64,000 nucleotides of DNA from Laetmonice hystrix (lineage: Eukaryota), in NCBI GenBank assembly GCA_965235115.1, contig OZ249436.1, positions 16,122,001 to 16,186,000 of the forward strand, given 5' to 3'. Both the position numbers and the translations under genes were made by a program. The first letter of the stretch is position 1, and every line of letters begins with the position of its first letter. Shown here one piece after another: positions 14,901-26,100 of this stretch. The notes beneath the pieces are model-generated. The model had not been told where the DNA came from and did not search any database. It saw nothing but the letters and a program-made list of their open reading frames with translations.

Positions 14901-17900
14901 ATCCAACTTGAAGCAAACTCATAGTTCTGGCGCATTCATTTCCTTATTTTAATACTTGTGTTATTGCAGGCACAAAGTGAAAAAAAGATATACAAGGTAG
15001 ATCATGATGGGACATTTATGTAGACCTCTGAACAGTAATGGGTTGATGTGTCGCATATTCTCGTATGCACCTGACTGTATTGTAAGATTGGTTTGGTAAA
15101 GTGTGATAGAGCTTGATGACTTTTGTTTTCCTCCGTGCGTCAAGATGACGCCGGATGATAGGTCAGTGACGATGGGTGCGCTCAGTGGCCTAAGTATGTC
15201 ACGGTCTCAGACCATGCCTTTTAACGTGGCCGGAATCAACCATTCACAGGTACAGATATCTCTTTCTGTTATCGCTAGCTGTACAGGGCATAAATCACTT
15301 TTATGTTACTATTGCATGCCGCGGATGAGAAATGTTCCCTCAGAGTTTGTAAATGTGTGTTGGTGCTTTTTTTACTTCGTAGTCCTGCCTTCTCAACCCC
15401 AAAAAGTGATTCGGCCATATTGATGTAAAAAATCACCAAGTTCAAGCTTTTTTGAAGAACCTTTGTTCTCGTATAGATGTGGAGCGTTACCTTAATGCTT
15501 TTATATGACTTAGCATGGAGTATTGTAGTGTCTTCTTGGAAAGTCCTTTTTAGCATTATAGAGGTGATATCGTGGCGAGTTTATTTATGATAGTGCGTAT
15601 TGGCCTATTCACTTTTTAAGAATTCAGCAGTTATAACTAATTCACAAATATAACGGGGATTTAACATCACTATCGCTGGTCGCATGTATAATCATCTTTT
15701 GTAAATATTATGTCGAAGGTCTGATATTTTAACATTCTAAATATGTATAACCACATTCCGGTACTATACACCGGGATTTGGTCTGACTTAGAGCTGCCCC
15801 TGCAGCGCACGCGCACGTGTCACTTTAAGATTGGATGTTCGCATGAGGTTCCATTCAAAACCAATAGATGAAAGTTAACGTTGCCATGGAGTTGTTTAAA
15901 TTAATATAATTTAAAGGAAGGAGAAGGAACTACTCGGTTCTGCAGTGCTGCAAAATGATAGTATACCAGCTAGAACAATCATATCCGTTTTACCATAGGC
16001 CTATTAGTTTCACCTTAACATTTCTCTTCATTATTGCATCATTGGCTTGAATTTAGGTATCGACTAAGGTTCGAAGGAAGACACTAATTTCTGAAACAAA
16101 AATGTGTACAATGTCTCCTAGTACAGACTTGAAGGTTGATGATATGAATTCAGAAATTGGTTGAATACCGAAGCGACACACAGACCCAGGTCTGACGGCG
16201 ATACACATGCACCTGTTTACTCTAGGTCTAGTATAGAACTCCACTAGCCACTCTGACTTGCAGATTTGTGAGTCTCCGCGGAGTCTACCGTCTATTCCGG
16301 AAGAAGTAAACAACTCTGACTTCGACTTCAGGTGGAGGTAAAAAAAAATGCAGATGAAAATGACAAAACCAGAAGTTAGCTTTTCTCCTCCCCTACCTGG
16401 TATAGGTTTCACTAGCATCCGGATGGGACTGCTGCACTGACGGGGCTGCACCTTGTAGGCCTACAAACGTCGTGTTCTACGAAGGGATTGCCTGTATGAG
16501 CCCCGCGATTTGCTCGCGAGTGTCTTGCAGTTAAATTTTCATAGCTTCTTAATTCGCCTGTTGAGTTAATATAGGCCTAAGTGTAGTGGATAATGCATGG
16601 CGAAGGGAGGGCGCGAGTGCTTCATGCCCTAATAATAGACTCGAGGTGGAACCGAGAGCATATTTAGGCCACGAGAGCGTGATCAACCAACGCAATAGAC
16701 CTATCAACGTCAGCATATTGCGTAAAATTAAAGGTACATTATGCCCTTATAAAAAAGTATTATTAAAGCATAATGTAACCTTCAGCGCCGCCAGAATGTG
16801 CTAATTCATAATGTATACAATCTTTTACAAAACTAATGCAGTCGTGAGCAAGTTGTGGGACTCTCGGTGGTATTCAGCGGGTCCCAATGCTCAGCTTAAT
16901 TGAATTACATGTATAGATAACGGCATGACCAGACCATCGTATGGGGTTATGTAATTAGATTCACGTTGCTTTATGCCTCAAGGCGGTCAGATTGGAACAC
17001 AGAGAAAACTAGAGTCCCAGTCATGCGAACAGAAAACAACTTTTTTGTTCGTAAGGCACGTCCAAGTGGATATTCGAACCTATTAATTATGATTATAAAA
17101 ATGAGAATTATGAGACGAAAATAGTGTCTGCACAATTGCCTACTAAAAACATACAGAGATAAAATAGCCTATAAGAATAATAGAAATAGACCCCCATCAA
17201 GATTAAGTGTTTCTTTCTTTGTGTTTGAACCATTGCCAATTCAGTTCCTGATATAATGACCCATATGTTTGCAACTTGGCCTAGGTCACTACTTTAGATA
17301 ACATAATCCTCTGAAACCCAGAGATACCCCCAAAAATATCTCAACACACTTGGGAAATGATTAGTCACTGACATTAAAAGGGGTAGGCTACAATGTCACC
17401 TCATTTATTGCATGTATACATTAGAAGTCTAAGCGCACCCATGCAAGACGGAGTCGACAGATGGCCGGGAACTTACACCCCGTAATAGATATGATTATCT
17501 TTTTCACTCGATGTGGTTTATGTACAGATAGAAGTAATCTCAATGTATGCTTGGCAGCGATCTTTGTTCCGCATGAGAGTAACTGCATGGTGTGATGGAC
17601 TTTGAGGCTTCGTGGGATTGCAGCTTGCATTTGGGAAAGACTTGCCGCGAAACCGTGACAGTCCAAGTTCTGGAATTGTTCTCAGTAAAGTCTTCAGGAC
17701 TAGTGAAGCATTACTAGATCTATACTAACTTAGATCGGAAGTGTTGGGTCTCTGCGTTACTGTTCTGTTCGATGGTCTGTAGGCCTAATTTGTGTCACTT
17801 TTAATCGTATGTCACAGTATAAGTCGATTTCCATTTAAAAATCTCTTTCAGCTTTAGACGGAGATATGGCAGAATACAAACAAATATATGTTGTTGTTGA

Positions 17901-19066
17901 TAATGACTCATGTCATTGGATATAAGTCTATAATTGTTATGGATATTAAGCTTTATTCTCGCTCTGCTATAACTGTAAACTTTACTCCGGAATGTTGAAA
18001 AAGACTATTTGAAGAGGCATGGGTGACGGCTGAGCGAATCTTTCCATCTGTTGGATGTTTCAGTACCCTGGTTCAGTCCCTGATGTGAGCATGCTGACAC
18101 CTCGCGACCAGTACGGCACCATTGGCGCCCCCACCGCGGGCCCACCCCCACCTGCTCTGCCACCCCCACCACCACCTCCACCCAACCCACCACCATCCCA
18201 CCACCAGCAGCGGCAGGAACAGTACCACCACCACAACCACCACCACCAACAGCAGCAGCATCCTGGGACCCCGCATCATCGCCTTAGCAACATGAACAGT
18301 AGTCCTGCCTTATTGCTTCAGGGGAGGGGGTACCAGGAGAGCCCTCCCTTGCCCCCTCCTCCACCCCAGCAGCAGGGAGACTATGGTACCGTAGGACACA
18401 AGCAGATGACGATGCCGTCCCCACCGCAGAGCAGTTCGGGCTACTCAGGTAGCTCCAACCGGGCTAACCAGTCGAGCGGCAGTGGGTCGCACTATAGTAT
18501 CTACGGTGGCGGGGGAGGGTCCCAGTACCCCCCACCTCCAGGGTTCCCCCCGCCTCCTCCTGCTCCAGCCCCACCTCCCCCAACATCAGACTATGACGAG
18601 GAGCCGAGGTAAGACCACAAGACCGCCACGGGGGCACTTATTGTAAGCCTTATATCTAGCCCTAAATGTGATTTTTAAATAGCCGAGTTCTTATTTAAAA
18701 AGGTTTACGAAAGCATCGATTGAAAGAATCATTTTCTGTATATGACAGCAAAAACATACGAGAAGTGCTGAGGAGGGATTTTTTTCAGAGTTTAGAAAGG
18801 ATTTCCGTTTGAGCCTGCATGTATTTATATTAGTGTATAGTGTCATGGTAGGCCTATATTCATTCTATTCAATGGCTATACAATGGTGTCGCATGTGCTG
18901 TAGTATAAGCATGAAGATTTCTTTGCTAATTTCCACCACATTATCTTCATTTCGTAGCCTCCCTTCTTTACTTTCGTTCCTCCCTCTTTCCAGGAGCAAC
19001 CCCTTTGCCAAAGCGCATCTCAAGAAGACACTGACCAATGATCGCTCGTCTCCCAGAATCTTCTAA
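2909..19066 (+). CDS. BAIAP2: BAIAP2/IRSp53-family I-BAR (IMD)-SH3-WH2 adaptor, multi-exon, 5' exons upstream of window
   Basis: Phase-consistent GT-AG exons: 2909-2970, 4363-4434, 4685-4816, 5151-5216, 5427-5513, 5966-6076, 6214-6382, 6689-6866, 7901-7957, 8878-9091, (15145-15249 candidate), 18064-18608, 18994-19066. IMD: HSLLQIAEVHKEINTQVIDN-IKSFHAELL...ALMEERKRYTFLLDRVC...AQELLTHRLQEWSDLCKNP. SH3: VRALYNHHGNNETQLNFVEGDIITLIGEKRDGWHYGEN...MGWFPITFT. The C-terminal NPFAKAHLKKTLTNDRSSPRIF resembles the IRSp53/IRTKS WH2-like tail. The paralogue (BAIAP2 vs L1/L2) cannot be resolved. Confidence 0.92.
7005..7773 (-). mobile_element. PIF/Harbinger-like non-autonomous element with internal 161-bp tandem duplication
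   Basis: ~33-bp TIRs tgggcgtgatccacttgcgttgcgatgcttccg / cggaagccatcgcaacgcaagtggatcacgtcca, flanked by TAA/TAG. The duplicated unit (7270-7430, 7431-7591) encodes MEPEEVGLIALTFAFLAEGEEQEMEE on the minus strand. Confidence 0.75.
8235..8723. mobile_element. TA-flanked foldback MITE built of ~21-22-bp repeats
   Basis: TIR cggtggctgggaaagg / cctttcccagctaccg with TA on both sides. The internal cacttccgttttcctgactttt units switch orientation mid-element. Confidence 0.8.
9329..12635 (+). mobile_element. Helentron-associated interspersed element (HINE/DINE-like) with nested insertions
   Basis: 5' subTIR atcccatcccc (9329) with adjacent inverted copy (9346), (GTA)n microsatellite and tgaccttt core repeats. 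The 3' end has subTIR ggggatgggat (12594), hairpin ttgtgg-tatcg-ccacaa and ctagtt. Confidence 0.55.
10351..10565. repeat. Inverted-repeat element with telomere-like (TTAGGG/TTAGGGG) interior
   Basis: Arms cccatgataactttccacgaaat / atttcgtggagtttaagttatcatggg enclosing gggttagggtta... tracts. Confidence 0.55.
13716..14699. mobile_element. Tc1/mariner-like non-autonomous element hosting the minisatellite
   Basis: Right end ...gaggtggtcaataagtgaggttccactg-TA. Degenerate left end cagatggaatctcacaaaatacgaccacctc. Repeated ggtggtc motifs. Confidence 0.5.
13797..14177. repeat. 35-bp minisatellite, ~11 copies
   Basis: Unit tttggcctggattaggaagggccatgggtatatca, near-identical copies. Confidence 0.95.
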
Positions 19067-21304
19067 GGGACTTCTATAATGGCTAATGTTTCTGGCGGGC
19101 TTTTTCGGAAAAGCATGGAATTATTGGACTTCTTGCTGTTGCACTGGCTAAAATGAGTGCTGCATGGAATAAGGAATCCTGGTTACCGATGGAGGGTACA
19201 AACAGCACCAATGTATACAATATTTTTGTGGGTGACATCGCTGATCATCTTTCGTACCTCTGATTGAATGTTGCAGAAATTTCTACCACCAACGACAAGG
19301 TCGGCAAACATGGCGCTAACATGATCATAATGACCAACACAAATAATGTGACCGAGACGCTTACAAACTGATTTTATTCTGTGAAAGTTCAGGAAGTGAT
19401 ACAGTAATATAGCCTACTTATATATAGTAATATAATTAGTGCTACTTCTTCATTATTCACATGTTGTATCATCATAAGCGACCAGCCTGACGCATGACAG
19501 TGAGTAAGTAAAATCCGTAGAGATTAAGAAGGTCAAATTGTACCTGATAACACTGACAACAAATGAACCTTCGGTGGAGAAAGAGCCTATCTGTTGACTT
19601 GTAAACTTCTTATATTGGAGCGCACGTGCTTTATAAAATATAACTGTGCCCTATCTTTATATTGATGTATGATTACGCTTTATATAGGCCCCTATTGATG
19701 ATTTACGCTTTGTAAAAGATATTCTTGAAATAATCACGCTCAGAGACCAACATGTGTGTCCTTACTCATTTGGCCATGCATGGTGATAGGTTGCAGTAAG
19801 GCTGTAATATCGTAGCCTGGGTCTACAAATCGTCTTACTGTACGAATACCGTAAAGTACTTTACGATATTGGGCCTTGGGGCTAAATATTATATATGAAT
19901 TTTATTGATTACGTGGAATTAAAAACAAATAATCCTCGCTTTCCTGACATATTATATCGCGGAAGTTCATGGCTGGAGACAATTTGAAGTGGAAGCTTGG
20001 TGTCGGTGACCCAGGGCTGCTAGGGGTTGCCATAGCCTACTGGTGTCCATTCTACCAATGCCTCAGTTTTATTTCTCGAGTCTTGAATGCTTACTAAATT
20101 TTAAGACATGCTGCAATTTTAAAAGGATAATATAAATAATATAAAAAGTTAAAAGGCGCATGTTGAAATCATGATATTATTATAATCCAAGAAGATGCCT
20201 AAGTTGGGACAGATGCCAACCGGAAATTATTTAATTCTCGTTAAAGCAGGTTGTCCCAAGGTTTATTTGGAATAGGTGTACGCATATTGATAATGGTGGA
20301 TACACGATATATATTATATTATGTTAAAGTTAATTTATTATGTTGTACATATATTACTGATTATTTTAAAGTGTAAATAAATTTTCATTTTATCAATTAT
20401 ATTGTTTATGGTGAAAAGTGAAATCAGTTATTTAATATAAATGTACATTTAGGTACAAATGTACCAGAAAATGTATTATATGCGGATACGAATAAACTGT
20501 TTTTCTATATTTATTTTTACACAAGTAACTAATGGATATTGTGAGGGATAGATTTTACAGGAACCTGTAACTGCGTTACTGAAAATAAGTAATCTGAAGA
20601 GAATGTGTCGAGAAAAACCTGCTGCATACCTGTGGTACCTCACCTGTAAACACTTTGTATGCATAGCGATGACTTGCAATGTTAATGTATTGTGAGGTGA
20701 TCGTGCTTAATGAAACTAAAGAAACTTTGTAAAATTTAAAAAAATGCCGTTATCTGTATTAATATTAGCATAATTATGTGAATATTCTTAATGGCTCTGT
20801 ATAAAGTGTTTTACCGTTTTGAATGATTATGGGAATCGAATAGACATGGCTCTTATCAAGTCATATATAAAAAACTAGAACAAATTGATTAAACTGGTAA
20901 ATATCTTTTTTAATGTTTTGTTATATACGATAGGCCATGGATAGTGTTCCTTGTGTCAGAAAAATAACTTTTGTAACGAAACAGGAATGGCAGAATTCAA
21001 CAGGGAAAAGGAGAAAATGTTCCTTTAGAAAGACTGGTGAAGTGTATTCTTGCCATCATTAGCTACTGCATTGTCTAACACAGGTGTCGTCGATGAGGTG
21101 TGGTAGACTGACAGATATTTACAATGACAGGCTCGGGGGGCCGTGGAGATCACTTGTTCTGAAAGATCCCGTCACTGACACTGTGTACAGATTCCACGGG
21201 TGGTGACGGTGCACTCAGCTCATGTTGTATGTACAATGGACAGTGATTATCCATATCTGTGGTTTCATCAGGTCTAACAAATCTGTTACTCACGTTTTAG
21301 ATGA

Positions 21305-21452
21305 AATAAACGTATTTATTGTCAATCAGTTGTAACTTAAGAATTCCTTTGAAAGAGGTCACGCTGGTATGGAAATTTAAGCAGTTTTTGTGAGAAAGCT
21401 TGGGGGAAGATCAGTCACAAAACATAGTTTTAATGATTTTAATAAATTTATT
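21305..21452. terminator. Paired polyadenylation signals for the convergent BAIAP2-like (+) and LRR (-) 3'UTRs
   Basis: AATAAA 21305-21310 with TTTATT 21315-21320, and AATAAATTTATT 21441-21452, lying between the two stop codons. Confidence 0.45.
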
Positions 21453-23184
21453 TCAACAAATGTTTTTTTTCAGAGGTTGAGGTTTAACAATGCTGTATAA
21501 TGTGGGTAATGCTAACTGACGGTACTTTTTTTTCTTCGAAATGTTCATAGTCTTAGATAATCCATTTCATTCAACCAGTCTGTCACACAACTTCGAGGTG
21601 GGTAGAGGTTTCCCGCCATAGCATTAAAGTGTTGCTCTTGTTTTCAACAAGTGTTTGAAATGATATTTCCCCCCGTCGTTTATAAGCAACAAACTTAATT
21701 TCTAACATCAATGCGAGTCATAATGGCAAGCAATAGGAAAAGCATATCGAGAAACACACAGTTAGACATTTCCTGTGATGAGTTATATAATATCATAGTT
21801 ATACAAAACAAAAACAATAACTTTTTAAACGTATACAATGTAATTAGAAATAGGCTCATGCAGTCGAAAAAAGGCAAATAACAGAGAACAAAAATAGCAG
21901 AGTATGTTCAACTCTGTCTGAAGATATCATTTAGTACACGACTCGAAATTCTAGTAGTCTAGAAAAACTCAGATGATAGCACTTTTCAATGACTTTTGTT
22001 GTTGTATCTCTTTCTCTTTACGTTTTTAACTAAATGGGAAACGACAAGCCGTTTGTATTAACTTATCTAAGGCGTTGAGTGAATACCAACATCTTCGTCA
22101 GGTTTAGATATGACTGCAGAAAAAGAAAAAGGTACGAAACTTACACACTACGTGGGTAGATCGTCAAGAAATTCTCTACAATCATCTCTTTGTGGTGAGA
22201 AAAGAAAGCCTGAATCTGTTCTACTCAGTTCTAGTAGCCTGGCTGTCAGCCAACCACTTTAACCGGTCCATTCTGACGAGGGTAGTTACGGATGACATAC
22301 AAACGGTTGTAACGGTGTCTGCTCGGCTCACACAGCCTGACCGAGGACAGAATGGCAGAAATGAGATACCGGTAACCGACCTAGGTGGCGCTACAGTAGG
22401 ACACCACCCAACCCGACTAGCCCACACCGACTTGATCACTCCACACGTTTCTTTCACAACCAACTTTTCTTCACTACAGTTTTAGATACGAAAACGTAAC
22501 CTGGTTACACACAATAACACATATGCTATAAACGCATATTCTTTCACATGCCTTTTGAATGAAGTAGAACAATGCATACATAATTTAAACAAACCTCCCC
22601 CAGTAATTTGTAAACGGTTATATCAACCATTTTCTAAAGGAAGGCGTTAATTCATAGTTTTCATAGTTTTAATCAATGAAGCCTTTTTCTAATCAATGAA
22701 GCCTTTTTCGAAAGTTTTCCCCAATTTATATTCTATGCACCCAAAATAGGTACCATTAACTGCCAGGAGGAAGAATCAAACAACGGTAAGCACCTGTACT
22801 TTTGGGATAGCTGATCATTCTTAAAATACTTGCTCTCCTAGCTGCCAAAAATATACTCCTCAGTATTACTACAACCACACTAAATCTTCAGCTTGTAGAC
22901 AATGTAGGAGGTGTGAACCATTTTTATGAATCCTTTCAGGATTCTGTCAAACGGGCAATGATGAAATCCATTCACTCATATCGAGACCGTTCAATCTTAT
23001 AAATGAATCGTACAGTACAGTTGATCTTACAACCTTAATACTTTTTGGTCATTAAAATAAATATGCCATTTGAGGTTTGTTGGCTTTCAAATACTGTACA
23101 TTGGTAGCTTTCTACACTGATGTAACACTTGACTGAACATCATGCCTCACATGACTAGCTTTAACCATTTAAAATTCATTCATC

Positions 23185-26100
23185 TCATTCGTCTGCATCA
23201 TCAAACTGTCCCTCCTCCACTCCACGGGAAGCTGATCGTTTGTAGTAAGGATCTGGGTGCACGTCACTGGGGAGAAACGCACACGACTCTGTGACAGCTG
23301 GCCAGCTCTTGGTGAACACTACTTGTGGTGTATATACGGCAGTTACTGTAACAAATAATGCCAAACATATCTTATTAGGGTACACCATCATTGTTTCTCA
23401 TTCAATTTAATGTTATATCTCATAGAAAGAGAAGGAAGAACAAATGATCTTATGTATACAATCAAATGAGAAATCATGTTCATATCCAATTTAAAGTTGT
23501 AGATTAAACCATTACACTAGTATAGCACTACTAATGATCTAAACTTCCAACAAACCCACCTCCTGCCGAGGTGCCCTCCAGTTCCTTGTCCCAGTCCTCG
23601 GCATCAGATGTTAGTGAGCTGCTCTGACCCGCACTGCTGCTCACAGAGTTCTCCCTGTGGTTGAATTCCGGGTCTGAAAAAAGTAGTCCCTGAGATAAAA
23701 AAAAACCACAGATACCCACAACAAAACAGTACCGAAATTAGTCAAGTAATAAGTATTAAAGTTCACTGCCATCAATTTATGTCTATTCTTAAAGGTAGTA
23801 ACTTTATCTTAGACTAATCTGATTTGTCAAATAAAGTGTCTTTACTTGCGGTTGTTATCTTTAACTGGTAACCATTCGTACCCAGAATTCTATTTTTCTC
23901 ATGAGAACTAAAGTGTTCCAAATATCTGGATTTGGATCGTTGTCTTATGCCTTCACAAAAGTCAAGGTGGTGACTTTTACTGGAAGCTGGAGTATCCAAG
24001 AAAAACCACCATAACGGACAAACCTTCTCACAACTGGCATTAAGGAGATTCGAACCCAAATTCTGGATTGGAAATACACATTCACACAAGAAATTCTACT
24101 TGGTAGACTCTTAAAGCATGCACGAGAAGCTTCTGCTGAGTAATAACACTGAACTGAATGAACAAACGAACAAACGCCTAATGATTTCTTTGTTTTCCCT
24201 CGTGTCATGATAGTTTCATACCTGCCAACGCGGAATCTTCATCAAAGACAATGACATTCCATTTTAACAACTTTGTTTCAATAACTTATTCGCCTCTCAA
24301 TCTTAATCTTTCCGCTCATTTTCTATCTCTTTGCCAGACCAAACTTACATGTTTCCCCCCAGTCAACATGGCAGCTCCCACAAACCATCTTTTGGTGGTG
24401 AATGTGCTTTGAATGGAAAATGTAAGGTCCATTGAGGGCGAATATATACTCTTTTTTTTGTAAATTGCATGATTCCATAATATTTTGAGAAAAATGCAGA
24501 GTGCAGAATACATCATTCAAATGTGGAGAGATTCTGCAGAATGCAGAAGGGTTGGCAGGTATGACAGGCATCATGGTTGTGAATCAAATGGAAATTTTTC
24601 TTTCACAAAGATAAGAACTTTGAAGGATTCTAAAGAATTGTTCATATTCTAAAAATTAATATTCTAAAATCACAAACAAAATATAAGATGGCTTTCTACT
24701 TATATGGCTTTGTAACAATTTCTGCATTACAAGTACAATGCTAGGATGAGACTGATCTGTTGTTATAGTCTTAGTTCTCACCAAACTTAAAAATCACATG
24801 GATGGAGTGAGAATTCAGCGGAATGGGGAGGTACATTATTTTTCCAAATAACTAACTGTGTGAAAATCAAAGCTTCACATTGTTAGGATTAGTGTCATGC
24901 AGCAAGCAATGGAAATTTGCATGGCTCGGTCAAGCATAGGCAGGCTGCAAAATTTTCTTCCCTTCATTCATTTTTAAGTATTGGGTTGGAAAAGTATACA
25001 TTTTAAATCTACATATACGTACTTGACTATTCTCTAGCAGTAACTCTAAATTCGTTTTTAAAAATTTTACGACGATACATGTACATTGTACATTATTTGG
25101 AAACCCACCAAATTTATACAAGTTCTAGATTTCTAAAATTGATACCCACTTAATTAACTAGCCCTGCCAAAATTTAAACTTTTTTTAAAACTCCATGCAG
25201 ACTGGTACTCTAGATAAGAGCTCATGTTATCTTATGTTTAGCATGGTCAGGTCTCAAATTTCACTCAATACGGATGCCAAAAATATAAATCAACTGTACA
25301 TATTGGGCTTCACCGGGATCGTCCCAACTGTCTCTAGCCGACAAGCGCCTGTATAAGAAATGTTAAAATTGCTCAGGCATTCAGGAGATGGAAACTCACC
25401 AGATATGTCTGCCATATCTACTCCACCAGGGTTTCATACAGAGGGGGGGGACGTCCCCCCCCATGATTGGGACATGAGGGGGATATCCCCCCATCAATCT
25501 GCAGAGCAATGTTTTTTTTAAAGGTATCTGAACATAGTTTCAACGTCAACAACGAAATGTCTATGAATAATCCTGACAATCCTCCCTTCTGATGTTGAAT
25601 AATATTGTAATGATGCATTTATTTAAAACGTGCCAATTTTGTGTTTTTGGCGTAAAAAGTGTGGATTTTTTGGTGGTAGATTTAGTGAAGATTCTCACTC
25701 TGAGAGGCCAGGAAAACGCATCTCCGGAGTTCCTGAAATTTTTTTTTATGGGGGAGGGCCCCCAGACCCCCCGTTCCGGCCCGCCTTCGGCGGGCTCACC
25801 CGTCCTCCCCATTAATTATTTTCTGGCGGAAACCCTGTCCACCCCATGTTTCCGGTCCTATTTTACATTTGGTTGAGTTTTTACCAATACCATTCCTCTT
25901 TGTGGTTAGCTGGAGAAGCTCTAGGAGCACCTCTCACACGTTAACATACACAGCTGAGACTGATGCCGAGTAAGTTTTTTATGTGATTTAATATCTGGAA
26001 TTTTCCTTTGGAATTATAAAAGGATGCACTTTAAAAAATGATACAGTCAGACCTCGTTTATCTGAAGTTTGGTCCCCATTAAAATGTGTTTGGATTGTGA

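Noticed and set aside
22192..22485. Overlapping 97-aa and 80-aa ORFs as a small gene
   Set aside because: No recognisable domain, and ~50 bp are shared with the Kolobok-like MITE at 35001-35050, so it is repeat-derived.
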